DNA of 37,052 nucleotides, from IMG/VR virus record IMGVR_UViG_3300022179_001077, positions 1 through 37,052 of that record, one strand, 5' to 3'. Within the stretch, counting starts at the first letter, position 1, and every line of letters starts with the position of its first letter. This stretch comes from a virus (taxonomy: Duplodnaviria; Caudoviricetes). Shown here one piece after another: positions 16,177 to 24,820 of the stretch. A program made the position numbers and the translations under genes. The notes under the pieces were generated by a model. That model ran no database searches. It worked only from the letters and a program-made list of their open reading frames with translations, and had not been told where the DNA came from.

Positions 16177-16401
16177 TTACCACGCCCCGTCGCGCACTTT
16201 GCGCTGCAAGGGCCGCAGGACATAGGAATGTTTCGCCACGTCCGGGTTATTGAACCGTAAGTCTCGCATATACTTGTCGGCCAACACGCGGGTTTCGAAT
16301 CGCACTAGGGCGCGCGTGTTGTGGGGCGGATCAATAACCACGGTCCATTGCGTGTTGTGGAACAAGGGTTCATTTATTTGTTGCTGATGCCACGTTGCCA
16401 T
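16177..16401 (-). CDS. Hypothetical protein
   Basis: AGAAAGGA SD, with a leader identical to that of 15826-16104. Confidence 0.65.
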   Translation of the reverse strand: MATWHQQQINEPLFHNTQWTVVIDPPHNTRALVRFETRVLADKYMRDLRFNNPDVAKHSYVLRPLQRKVRDGAW

Positions 16402-16422
16402 TGGTCTAGTCCTTTCTGGTGG

Positions 16423-16446
16423 GCGCCCGGCCTTTCGACCGGGCGC
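16423..16446 (-). other. GC-rich GAAA-tetraloop hairpin in intergenic leader
   Basis: GCGCCCGGUC-GAAA-GGCCGGGCGC, no U-tract on the sense strand. Confidence 0.7.
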
Positions 16447-16452
16447 GTTTGA

Positions 16453-16821
16453 TTACAGGGTTGCGGTGCCGGTCATGTTGATTTCGATCTCACGGCCGGA
16501 CAGGGCGCTGTCGATTGCGTCCTCTAGGGCGCCGTCGATCAGGTCCCGCACCTTGTCCTCTAGGTCGCTGTCGAGCACGCTGCGCTCCTCTAGTTCGCGC
16601 ACCCGCTCCTCGACCCGGTCAAAGCGCGCGTCAGGCAGACCCGTTGCTGTCAGGTCTTCTAAGACTGACTTGTGATGGACCTGCGTGTTTTCTAAGTAGC
16701 GGATCCGCGCGTCCATGGATTCGATCAGAACCTTTGTCGCCTTCAATTCGTTTTCCAGAGTCGAGATTACATCGACCAGTCCCGCGAACCCGACGACTGC
16801 TTTGCTGAATGCTTCACTCAT
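16453..16821 (-). CDS. Acidic coiled-coil hypothetical protein
   Basis: Start MSEAFS after AGAAAGGA SD. Confidence 0.65.
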   Translation of the reverse strand: MSEAFSKAVVGFAGLVDVISTLENELKATKVLIESMDARIRYLENTQVHHKSVLEDLTATGLPDARFDRVEERVRELEERSVLDSDLEDKVRDLIDGALEDAIDSALSGREIEINMTGTATL

Positions 16822-16868
16822 TTTATGTTCCTTTCTTGAACCCGGTCTCATTGTGAAACCGTGTTTGC

Positions 16869-16897
16869 ACAATAGCATTGACCGACAATATAGTCAA
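16869..16897 (-). promoter_or_regulatory. Sigma70-like promoter heading the early-type cassette
   Basis: TTGACT-17nt-TATTGT with extended TG. Confidence 0.7.
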
Positions 16898-17151
16898 GAA
16901 GAAAAGATATCACGAAAGCGTGATGCTGCACTGCAACATGACGGCCGCGGGTCCCTTGGGGCCGAACGGATCTGAGGCGCGCGGGCCGCGAAACCCCGAC
17001 CCCCCTGCGCGGGGCGCGGTCTACGCGGACCCCCGTAAAACCCGATTTTCCCCGGACAGTGAGCAACATAAAATTGTCCTGACCCCCCAATTTGACAATT
17101 GACGTCAAGGTACCGGGCACCCCATACATAGTAAAAATGCCCTTAGGATCC

Positions 17152-17284
17152 ACGGACCACGGACCATGTTACAAAATCTCTGCTACACTCCCCTCCCGCC
17201 CTTGGTCCGTGGCGGCCTATAAGTCGCCTCCCCTCGGCGGGTAATGCTCACCTCCCTTGCGTTGCTAACGGACCACGGACCATG
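17152..17284 (+). repeat. 17-bp direct repeat ACGGACCACGGACCATG bracketing a structured leader
   Basis: Copies at 17152-17168 and 17268-17284, with an inverted partial copy at 17203-17212. Confidence 0.8.
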
Positions 17285-18748
17285 AACCTCACTCCGAAGA
17301 TGGATGAAGAAAGCCTGAAAAAGCTTGCAAAGCTGTATCAGCGTCTTGGTCAGTTGGAGCAGTCACAGCAGGCCCGCGAGCACTTCCTTCCCTTTGTTAA
17401 CGCCGTGTGGCCGGGGTTTATTGCAGGAAGGCATCACCGGATCGTGGCTGAGAAGCTGGAAGCCGTGGCCAATGGGACATTGAAGAGACTGATCATCAAC
17501 ATGCCGCCGAGGCATACGAAGTCAGAGTTTGCTTCTTATTTGTTCCCGGCGTGGTTCATTGGCCGCCGTCCGGATCTCAAGATCATGCAGGCGACGCATA
17601 CGGCGGATTTGTCTATCCGTTTTGGTCGCAAGGTGCGAAACTTGATGGACGGGGAGGACTATAAAAAGGTCTTTCCTGATGTGAAGCTTAGGGCCGACTC
17701 GAAGGCGGCCTATCGGTGGGAGACTGACGATGGTGGCGAATATTATGCAGCGGGTGTCGGCGGCTCTATCGCGGGTCGCGGCGCGGATCTCTTCATTGTG
17801 GACGACCCACATTCGGAACAGGATGCGCTGAGTCCGACTGCTTTGGAGAATGCGTGGGAGTGGTACATGGCCGGTCCCCGCCAACGTCTGCAACCGGGTG
17901 GGGCTATTGTTGTGGTCATGACCCGGTGGGGCGAGGCCGATTTGACGGCGCGTTTGATCAAGCAGCAGGCGAGGGATCCGAAGGCGGACAAGTGGGAGGT
18001 GGTCGAGTTTCCGGCCATTCTGGACAGTGGGGAGCCGCTGTGGCCGGAATACTGGAAGCTCGACGAGTTGGAGAAGATCAAGGCGTCGATTAGCAATTCG
18101 AAGTGGCAGGCGCAGTATATGCAGCGGCCGACTTCTGATGCGGCGTCGATTATTAAGAGGGACTGGTGGCAGGTCTGGGACAAGGACGACGTGCCGCGGT
18201 TGCAGTATGTCATCCAGAGTTACGATACGGCGTTTCTGAAATCACGGACCGCGGACTATTCGGCCATCCAAACGTGGGGGGTTTTCTTCCCAACGGAGGA
18301 CTCGCCCCCGAACTGTATCTTGCTCGACGCCAAGAAGGGGCGGTGGGAGTTTCCGGATCTGAAGCGGATCGCTTTGGAGGAGTATAAGTACTGGGAGCCG
18401 GAGACGGTGCTGATCGAAGCGAAGGCGTCAGGTATGCCACTGACGCAGGAACTGCGGCACATGGGTATCCCTGTTGTAAACTTTACGCCATCCCGTGGGA
18501 ATGATAAGCATTCTAGGGTCAATTCAGTGTCCCCTCTGTTCGAGTCGGGACTGGTGTGGCGGCCGGATACGTCGTGGGCGGAGGAAGTCGTGGAGGAATT
18601 GGCGGCTTTCCCCTTCGGTGAACATGACGATATGGTCGACTGCGCTACTCAGGCCTTGATGCGGTTCCGTCAAGGTGGCTTCATTGGGCATCCGGACGAC
18701 TATCAGATGGAAACACTGAGGCGTCCATCAACTAGGGTCTACTACTAA
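17282..18748 (+). CDS. terL: Terminase large subunit
   Basis: INMPPRHTKS Walker A, IVDDPH Walker B, VMTRW, QSYDTA, HDDMVD nuclease motif. Confidence 0.95.
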   Translation: MNLTPKMDEESLKKLAKLYQRLGQLEQSQQAREHFLPFVNAVWPGFIAGRHHRIVAEKLEAVANGTLKRLIINMPPRHTKSEFASYLFPAWFIGRRPDLKIMQATHTADLSIRFGRKVRNLMDGEDYKKVFPDVKLRADSKAAYRWETDDGGEYYAAGVGGSIAGRGADLFIVDDPHSEQDALSPTALENAWEWYMAGPRQRLQPGGAIVVVMTRWGEADLTARLIKQQARDPKADKWEVVEFPAILDSGEPLWPEYWKLDELEKIKASISNSKWQAQYMQRPTSDAASIIKRDWWQVWDKDDVPRLQYVIQSYDTAFLKSRTADYSAIQTWGVFFPTEDSPPNCILLDAKKGRWEFPDLKRIALEEYKYWEPETVLIEAKASGMPLTQELRHMGIPVVNFTPSRGNDKHSRVNSVSPLFESGLVWRPDTSWAEEVVEELAAFPFGEHDDMVDCATQALMRFRQGGFIGHPDDYQMETLRRPSTRVYY

Positions 18749-21180
18749 TGGCCATCTCCCCTCGTTCCAATATCGACAAAGGCCTCTTGGAAGCGCCGGA
18801 AATGCCCGAATTGGAGGGCGAAGAGATCGAAATGGAGGAGGACGAGGGTCCAGAGGCCCCGTATTCCATCGAGGAAGACGAGGAAGGTGGCGCAATCATC
18901 ACTTATGGTGGTGAAAACGCCCGCGATATCGCGTCATTGGGCTTCGGCGACAACTTGGCGGAGGTCTTGGACGAAGGTTACCTGTCCGCGATCTCGAAAG
19001 AGCTGGGTCAGGCGGTCGAAGATGACGACGAAGGCCGTGAAGAGTGGAAGAAGGTCTACGAAGAAGGCCTGACTCTGCTTGGAATTAACTATGAGGACCG
19101 CACTGAGCCCTTTGAAGGGTCAACGGGCGTCACTCATCCCGTCCTGAACGAGGCTGTAACGCAGTTTCAGGCGCAAGCTTACAAGGAAATGCTGCCTCCG
19201 AACGGTCCAGTGCGTGCGCAGATCGTCGGTCAGGTCACTCCTGAGAAGGAACAGCAGGCGGATCGCGTCAAAAACTTCCTGAACTACTACATTACGAACG
19301 AAATGGAGGAGTACGACCCCGAATATGACCAGATGCTGTACTATCTGGGCTATGGCGGGTCGACTTTTAAGAAGGTCTACTACGATGGCGACGTGCAGCG
19401 CGCTGTTTCGCCTGTTATCTACCCGAACGACCTGATCGTTCCCTACCATGCGCGGGATATTCGCACCGCAGAGCGCGTCACGCACGTCCTGCGGATGACG
19501 CCCAACGAATTGCGCAAGCAACAGGTGTCAGGTTTCTACCGCGACATCCCATTGCAGGAGCCGACTGAGGCCGAGCGCGATCAGGTTGAGGAAAAGGTCG
19601 ACAAAATCACGGGCGTGGAGCCGTCATCCAAGCCAGACGTCTACCGCCTGTACGAGATCCACACCAATCTCGATCTCGAAGGCTTCGAGGACGTCGATTC
19701 GAACGGCAGCCCCACCGGTATCAAGCTCCCCTACATCATCACGATGAATGCGGACACCGGCGACATCCTTGCTATCCGTCGCAACTACGATCCGCGTGAT
19801 CGCAAGAAGCGTGCGCAGCAATACTTCGTGCACTACAAGTTCTTGCCGGGTCTCGGCTTCTACGGCTTCGGCCTCGTGCACTTGCTCGGCAACCTGTCGC
19901 GTAGCTCGACGTCTATCCTGCGTCAGTTGATTGATGCTGGTACGCTGTCGAACCTGCCTGCTGGTTTCAAGGCCAAGGGCCTGCGCATCCAAGACGAAGG
20001 CTCGCTGTTGCAGCCGGGCGAATGGCGCGATGTCGACGCACCGGGTGGATCACTGCGTGAAAGCTTGCTGCCGCTTCCCTACAAGGAACCAAGCGCAACG
20101 CTGATGCAGCTCCTCGGTTTTTGTATCTCTGCGGCTGAGAAGTTCGTGGGGACCAAGGACCTTGGTATGACCGACTCCAATCAGGAGATGCCGGTCGGAA
20201 CCACGATAGCTTTGTTGGAACGCGGCAGCCGCGTGCTGAGTGCAGTGCACAAGCGCCTGCACTATGCGCAGAAGCAGGAACTGAAACTGCTGACCCGCAT
20301 CATCAAGGACACGGTCGGCGCCTATCCGTATGACGTTGCCGGTGGCCGTGAGATTGCGGCGAAGGATTTCGATGATCGCATCGACATTCTGCCCGTCACC
20401 GATCCCAACATCTTCTCGATGACGCAACGCATCTCGCTTGCACAAGAGCAGCTCCGTCTTGCTCAGGCTGCCCCGCAGATGCACAACCAGTACGAAGCCT
20501 ATCGTCGTATGTATTCTGCACTCGGCGTGCAGGACATCGACCTAATCCTGCCACCCCCTCCGCAGCCGCAGCCTGAAGGCCCGGCGATGGAGAACGCGCG
20601 TTCGATGGTTATTCCGAACGGTGCTCCACAATTGAAAGCTTTTCCTGAGCAGGATCATCAGGCCCATATCGCGTCTCACATTGCATTTATCAAAACGCCA
20701 CTCATCCAGACATCGCCGCAGGTCTACGGCGTATTGCTGGGGCATGTGTTCGAACACATTGCGTTGATGGCGTTGCAGCAGGTAACACAGCAGGCGCAGC
20801 AACTGCAACAGCAAGCTCCGCCAATGGTGAACCCAATGACGGGCCAGATGATGCCGCCGCCTCCGCCTCCGCCGGAACTCATGCAGCGTGCAGCGGCCGC
20901 ACTTGAAGCGCAGATGATTGCTGATGTGATGCAGCAACTGTCACCGCAACAGGCGGAAGATCCGTTGATCAAGTTGCAACAGCGGGACCTCGATATCCGC
21001 GAGCAGGCTGTGAAGCTGAAGGCAGAAGAAGCTGCGCTGCGCATCGACTTGGATGAGCGCAAGCTTCAGGCGAAGCAGGCGGAAGAACAGAACCGTCGCG
21101 CGTCGAATGAAGACGTGCAGCAGCTTCGCGCCAACGTCTCCCTCGCTCGTGCCCGTGAGGCTAAGAGGCCCGCACAATGA
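18748..21180 (+). CDS. Portal protein
   Basis: Directly after terL, 810 aa, with HPVL.EAV.QFQA, GSTFKKVY, GFYGFG and a Q/P-rich coiled-coil tail. Confidence 0.88.
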   Translation: MAISPRSNIDKGLLEAPEMPELEGEEIEMEEDEGPEAPYSIEEDEEGGAIITYGGENARDIASLGFGDNLAEVLDEGYLSAISKELGQAVEDDDEGREEWKKVYEEGLTLLGINYEDRTEPFEGSTGVTHPVLNEAVTQFQAQAYKEMLPPNGPVRAQIVGQVTPEKEQQADRVKNFLNYYITNEMEEYDPEYDQMLYYLGYGGSTFKKVYYDGDVQRAVSPVIYPNDLIVPYHARDIRTAERVTHVLRMTPNELRKQQVSGFYRDIPLQEPTEAERDQVEEKVDKITGVEPSSKPDVYRLYEIHTNLDLEGFEDVDSNGSPTGIKLPYIITMNADTGDILAIRRNYDPRDRKKRAQQYFVHYKFLPGLGFYGFGLVHLLGNLSRSSTSILRQLIDAGTLSNLPAGFKAKGLRIQDEGSLLQPGEWRDVDAPGGSLRESLLPLPYKEPSATLMQLLGFCISAAEKFVGTKDLGMTDSNQEMPVGTTIALLERGSRVLSAVHKRLHYAQKQELKLLTRIIKDTVGAYPYDVAGGREIAAKDFDDRIDILPVTDPNIFSMTQRISLAQEQLRLAQAAPQMHNQYEAYRRMYSALGVQDIDLILPPPPQPQPEGPAMENARSMVIPNGAPQLKAFPEQDHQAHIASHIAFIKTPLIQTSPQVYGVLLGHVFEHIALMALQQVTQQAQQLQQQAPPMVNPMTGQMMPPPPPPPELMQRAAAALEAQMIADVMQQLSPQQAEDPLIKLQQRDLDIREQAVKLKAEEAALRIDLDERKLQAKQAEEQNRRASNEDVQQLRANVSLARAREAKRPAQ

Positions 21181-23708
21181 CGCCACAAGAACTCTTTGCC
21201 ACTCTTGAAGCAAAGTATCGGTTGCCGGAAGGCTATCTGAACCGCGTCTATATGCTTGAGAGTGGCGGTGGCAAGAACAATTACAATCAACAAAGTGGGG
21301 CCGCAGGTCCGTTCCAGTTCATGCCCGGTACTGCAAAGGGCATGGGCTTGGCAGATCCGTATGATCTTGCGCAGTCGGCAGAAGCCACAGCACGTCTCGC
21401 TGTTCAGAACCGCGATTACTTGATGAAGCGCGGTGTCGAGAACGTGGACGGTGGTACGTTGTATCTTGCTCATGCGCAGGGTCCAGCGGGCGCATATGCC
21501 TTGATGACGAACCCTGACAAGAAGGCGGTCGATGCGCTGTCTCCTTTGTACAAGGATCAAGGCGTTGCTGAAAAAGCGGTGACGCAGAATGCTGGCAAGA
21601 TTGATCAGGACGCTGGGAGTTTTGCGCGGCAGTTCGTCAACAAGTACGAAGGCAAGGCAGCGCAGGCGCGTCCTTATTCCGCACTTGGTGAAACGGCAAA
21701 GTCAGAAGAGCCGTCAACGGATGAAGGCATCACTACTCTTGTCAAAGCCTCGGAAGAAGAAGCCGCGAAAGAGCGTGGTTCATCGCGTCGCGAGATGTAT
21801 GCGCTGAATACGTTGATGGGTTTGACCAAGGAACTTGAGCAAAAGCCTGCTCCAATGCTTCCGATTCCACGTCTGTCCTTTCAGGATGGTGGCATCGTCA
21901 GCCTCGTCAGTGGTGAAGAGGAAATGGCGCAGGCTCCCGAAGAGCGCATGGCCGGTACGCGCTTTGGTGCGCTCCCCGCAGCGATGCTTCAGTCGAGGCC
22001 TGATCTTACACCGGTCATGTTCGGTGGCGAGAAAGCCGAAGGCATTGATCCGGAGCAACTTGCCAAAGCGCGCAAGATGATTGCGGAAGGTGCTGATCCT
22101 AAAGATGTCTATGCACAGACGCGCACCGATAAAACAACCGGGTGGTTTGTCGGCGCGGACGGCAGGCTGCGTTTCGAGTTCAGCGACAAAGACGCTGCTG
22201 TCGATAGCAAGGCGTTTGACAACCTTAAGAAGGGCGGCACAACAACACTTGGAAATGTCCTTAAGCACGACGACTTGTTCAAATACTATCCTGCGGCGAA
22301 GGACGTTAAGGTCCGTATCCTGACAAAAGAAGAAGAGTCTACGGGTCTTAAAGGCTCTTATGATCCGGTAGGTAACGTGCTTGCTCTTTCAACGGATCCT
22401 GTGCAGGCCCGTGCGACCGTTTTGCACGAAGCTCAACACTACATTCAGGATCAAGAGAAGTTTTCGCCCGGCGGCTCAGACCTTGGGGTTGTTGAACTTG
22501 CTCAAGCGAGGATGCTTTTTGAAGATCACCGCTTGTCAAGCGACTATTTTAAGATCCGGCGAGAAGAGATGGCCGAGGCGAAGGCACGGGCGGATAAGCT
22601 TGTAGAGCAGGGTAAGTTCACCGAAGCGGTAAAGATTTGGGACAACCTTTCGTTTCCTCGCGCCGAAAAGTTTCGCGAAGAGCAGATTGAGCCTTTGAAG
22701 AAGAAAGCTGCCCAATACAGAGAGTCGATGACAAAACTCGGTCCGTTTGAAAGCTACCGACGCCTGTCGGGAGAAACGGAAGCTAGGAACGTAGAGACTC
22801 GTGCCCCTATGTCTCTCGAAGAACGCGCGTCCTCTTTCCCTTTTAGCACTCAGCAATACCCCGTTGATCAACAATTTGTTGTTCCGCGAGGGTTTGCCGA
22901 GGGCGGCATTGTTGACCTTGTCACGGGTCCAGAACAACCACAGCAACAAGGCATCAACGTCCCGCAGACGACCGCAGAGGTCGTGAAGGAGATTCAAGGC
23001 ATTGCCGAAAAAGGAAACCTTGATGAGTATAAGATCGCTTTCCTTTTACGCATGGCTGCCACCAACACCATCCCACCGGACCGTGCGCTTGCTTTTGCGA
23101 AGGAAGTACTCAGCGGCGACGTGCAGGCTCTTCTCGTTCGTTTCCGTCGTTATCCGCGCGCTCTTCGTATGCTTGCTCGCCTTGATCTCGCTCTTGGGGG
23201 TCTTGCTGGGCAGGGCTATGGGGTCGTAGCCAACCAGCATAGCCGCAGTCGTCCACAACCTACGAAGCGAATGGGCCATGACACGAAGACCGCGCAAGCT
23301 TTTGCAAAGGGTGGCGAAGTCGGTGGCCACAATGAGAAGGCACAGTTTGACCTGAGCAAGTTTGCTGTTGCTGCCTACGGCCCGGAGATTGGTAACAACA
23401 TGATCCGGCGGTCCGAGGGCGACCCCAACAAGCTCTTCTATGCGCTGAACCAATACGCAAAGAATGTCGCTGGCCCGCAGTCACCGCGCTACAAGCGCAA
23501 TCTTGCTGCACTGCAAGTGATTGCAAAGCGCCATCGGTTGAACCCGACACAGTCATTCAATCGAACGGAGGATGCTCTCTCCACAGAGCAGGAGCTTGAT
23601 AAGCTGATCCGTGATGTGCCAAAGAAGGATCGTGTCTTCCGCGACGCATTGCTTCGCATGAAGGCAATGGTCGGTTGGAAGCCGAAACCAAAAACGGTGA
23701 GGTCATAG
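21177..23708 (+). CDS. Polyvalent virion/injected-type protein: lytic transglycosylase-like + LPD23-like + HExxH zincin-like domains
   Basis: LESGG...AAGPFQFMP..A...YLAH; TGWFVGADGRLRFEFSD; VLHEAQHYIQ..E.F..GG; Y.RL.GE.EARNV. Confidence 0.75.
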   Translation: MTPQELFATLEAKYRLPEGYLNRVYMLESGGGKNNYNQQSGAAGPFQFMPGTAKGMGLADPYDLAQSAEATARLAVQNRDYLMKRGVENVDGGTLYLAHAQGPAGAYALMTNPDKKAVDALSPLYKDQGVAEKAVTQNAGKIDQDAGSFARQFVNKYEGKAAQARPYSALGETAKSEEPSTDEGITTLVKASEEEAAKERGSSRREMYALNTLMGLTKELEQKPAPMLPIPRLSFQDGGIVSLVSGEEEMAQAPEERMAGTRFGALPAAMLQSRPDLTPVMFGGEKAEGIDPEQLAKARKMIAEGADPKDVYAQTRTDKTTGWFVGADGRLRFEFSDKDAAVDSKAFDNLKKGGTTTLGNVLKHDDLFKYYPAAKDVKVRILTKEEESTGLKGSYDPVGNVLALSTDPVQARATVLHEAQHYIQDQEKFSPGGSDLGVVELAQARMLFEDHRLSSDYFKIRREEMAEAKARADKLVEQGKFTEAVKIWDNLSFPRAEKFREEQIEPLKKKAAQYRESMTKLGPFESYRRLSGETEARNVETRAPMSLEERASSFPFSTQQYPVDQQFVVPRGFAEGGIVDLVTGPEQPQQQGINVPQTTAEVVKEIQGIAEKGNLDEYKIAFLLRMAATNTIPPDRALAFAKEVLSGDVQALLVRFRRYPRALRMLARLDLALGGLAGQGYGVVANQHSRSRPQPTKRMGHDTKTAQAFAKGGEVGGHNEKAQFDLSKFAVAAYGPEIGNNMIRRSEGDPNKLFYALNQYAKNVAGPQSPRYKRNLAALQVIAKRHRLNPTQSFNRTEDALSTEQELDKLIRDVPKKDRVFRDALLRMKAMVGWKPKPKTVRS

Positions 23709-23709
23709 A

Positions 23710-24354
23710 ATGGACGACACCCTCAAGTATAATGACGCTGTCGAAGCCCTTGTTGCAGCGATGAAGCGCGACGCTTCTTTGATTGAAGCAAGTAAGAAAA
23801 TTGCAGAGCACGAGACGATCCGTTGCTTTGACGATTGCATCCCAGATGAACTGTTGACCGAATGCATCACGGAAGTTGAGCGCCGTGGTTGGCAGTACGG
23901 CTGGCGCAGCAACAAGATGCTTGGCTTTGGTCACTGGAACATTGTGCTGTCTGACAGCAAAGTGGAACGTGAAGAGGTCTACCACGAGGTGCCGCAATGC
24001 ATCCGAGATTTGTGGGACTATATCCAGCCACGCTTTTTGCCTACGACCCCGACACTCGTGCGAGCCTATGCAAACGCGCATACGTATGGCGTCGAAGGGT
24101 ATATTCACAAAGACAGCAAGTTCGCCGAGGACCAGACAGTCGTGATCTATTACGAGAAGGACTGGAAGCCGGAGTGGGCGGGCGAGACAATCTTCCTCAA
24201 CGAGAAGGAAGACGATATTTTGAAGGCGATTCTTCCGAAGTATGGGCGTATGTCGGTCTTCCCCGGCAACATCAAACATGCTGGACGTGGGGTGAGCCGT
24301 ATCTGTCCTGTCGCTCGCAAGGTTTTGGTTCTGAAGGGACGCCCGCGTGAGTAA
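23710..24354 (+). CDS. 2OG-Fe(II) oxygenase (prolyl-hydroxylase-like)
   Basis: RAYAN, HKD, W..EWAGETIF, FPG.I.H, distal R. Confidence 0.85.
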   Translation: MDDTLKYNDAVEALVAAMKRDASLIEASKKIAEHETIRCFDDCIPDELLTECITEVERRGWQYGWRSNKMLGFGHWNIVLSDSKVEREEVYHEVPQCIRDLWDYIQPRFLPTTPTLVRAYANAHTYGVEGYIHKDSKFAEDQTVVIYYEKDWKPEWAGETIFLNEKEDDILKAILPKYGRMSVFPGNIKHAGRGVSRICPVARKVLVLKGRPRE

Positions 24355-24820
24355 ACGGCATCTCTTGATCATCGCCTTGAAGCGTGTTGGCGCATTCAAG
24401 AAGCAACACAACAGGCGCATGGGTCTGACGTTAGGCGAACACCTAACTAATACTTACGATGACCTGAAGCGCATGGGGGTAGACGAAGATGTGGCGCTGG
24501 CTGGTGGACTTCATTCAATCTATGGGACGAACGCCTTCCGAAACCAAACCCTCGACGCCGAAAAGCGCCCCGTCATCAAAGGGCTCTTCGGCGAAAGGAC
24601 GGAAAGGCTCGCGTGGACCTTCTCGCAAATCAACCGTCCGCAGTGCTTCGAAGGCCAAGCCCTTAAAAACTGGAAAACGGGCGAAGCCGTCGAAGTCTCG
24701 GAAGAAGACCTTAAAGACTTGATGTTGATTGAGGTGGCCAATCTGAGCGATAATGGCTCGGATCTTAGTAAGTTCCCGAACCTCAAGCGGTTCTATGAGG
24801 ACCACAAGGCCGCAGCATGA
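24347..24820 (+). CDS. DUF6817-like (HD-related) protein
   Basis: H...TL.EHL..T...L...G....V.LAGGLHSIYGT..F...GE.TERL...F. Confidence 0.75.
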   Translation: MSKRHLLIIALKRVGAFKKQHNRRMGLTLGEHLTNTYDDLKRMGVDEDVALAGGLHSIYGTNAFRNQTLDAEKRPVIKGLFGERTERLAWTFSQINRPQCFEGQALKNWKTGEAVEVSEEDLKDLMLIEVANLSDNGSDLSKFPNLKRFYEDHKAAA

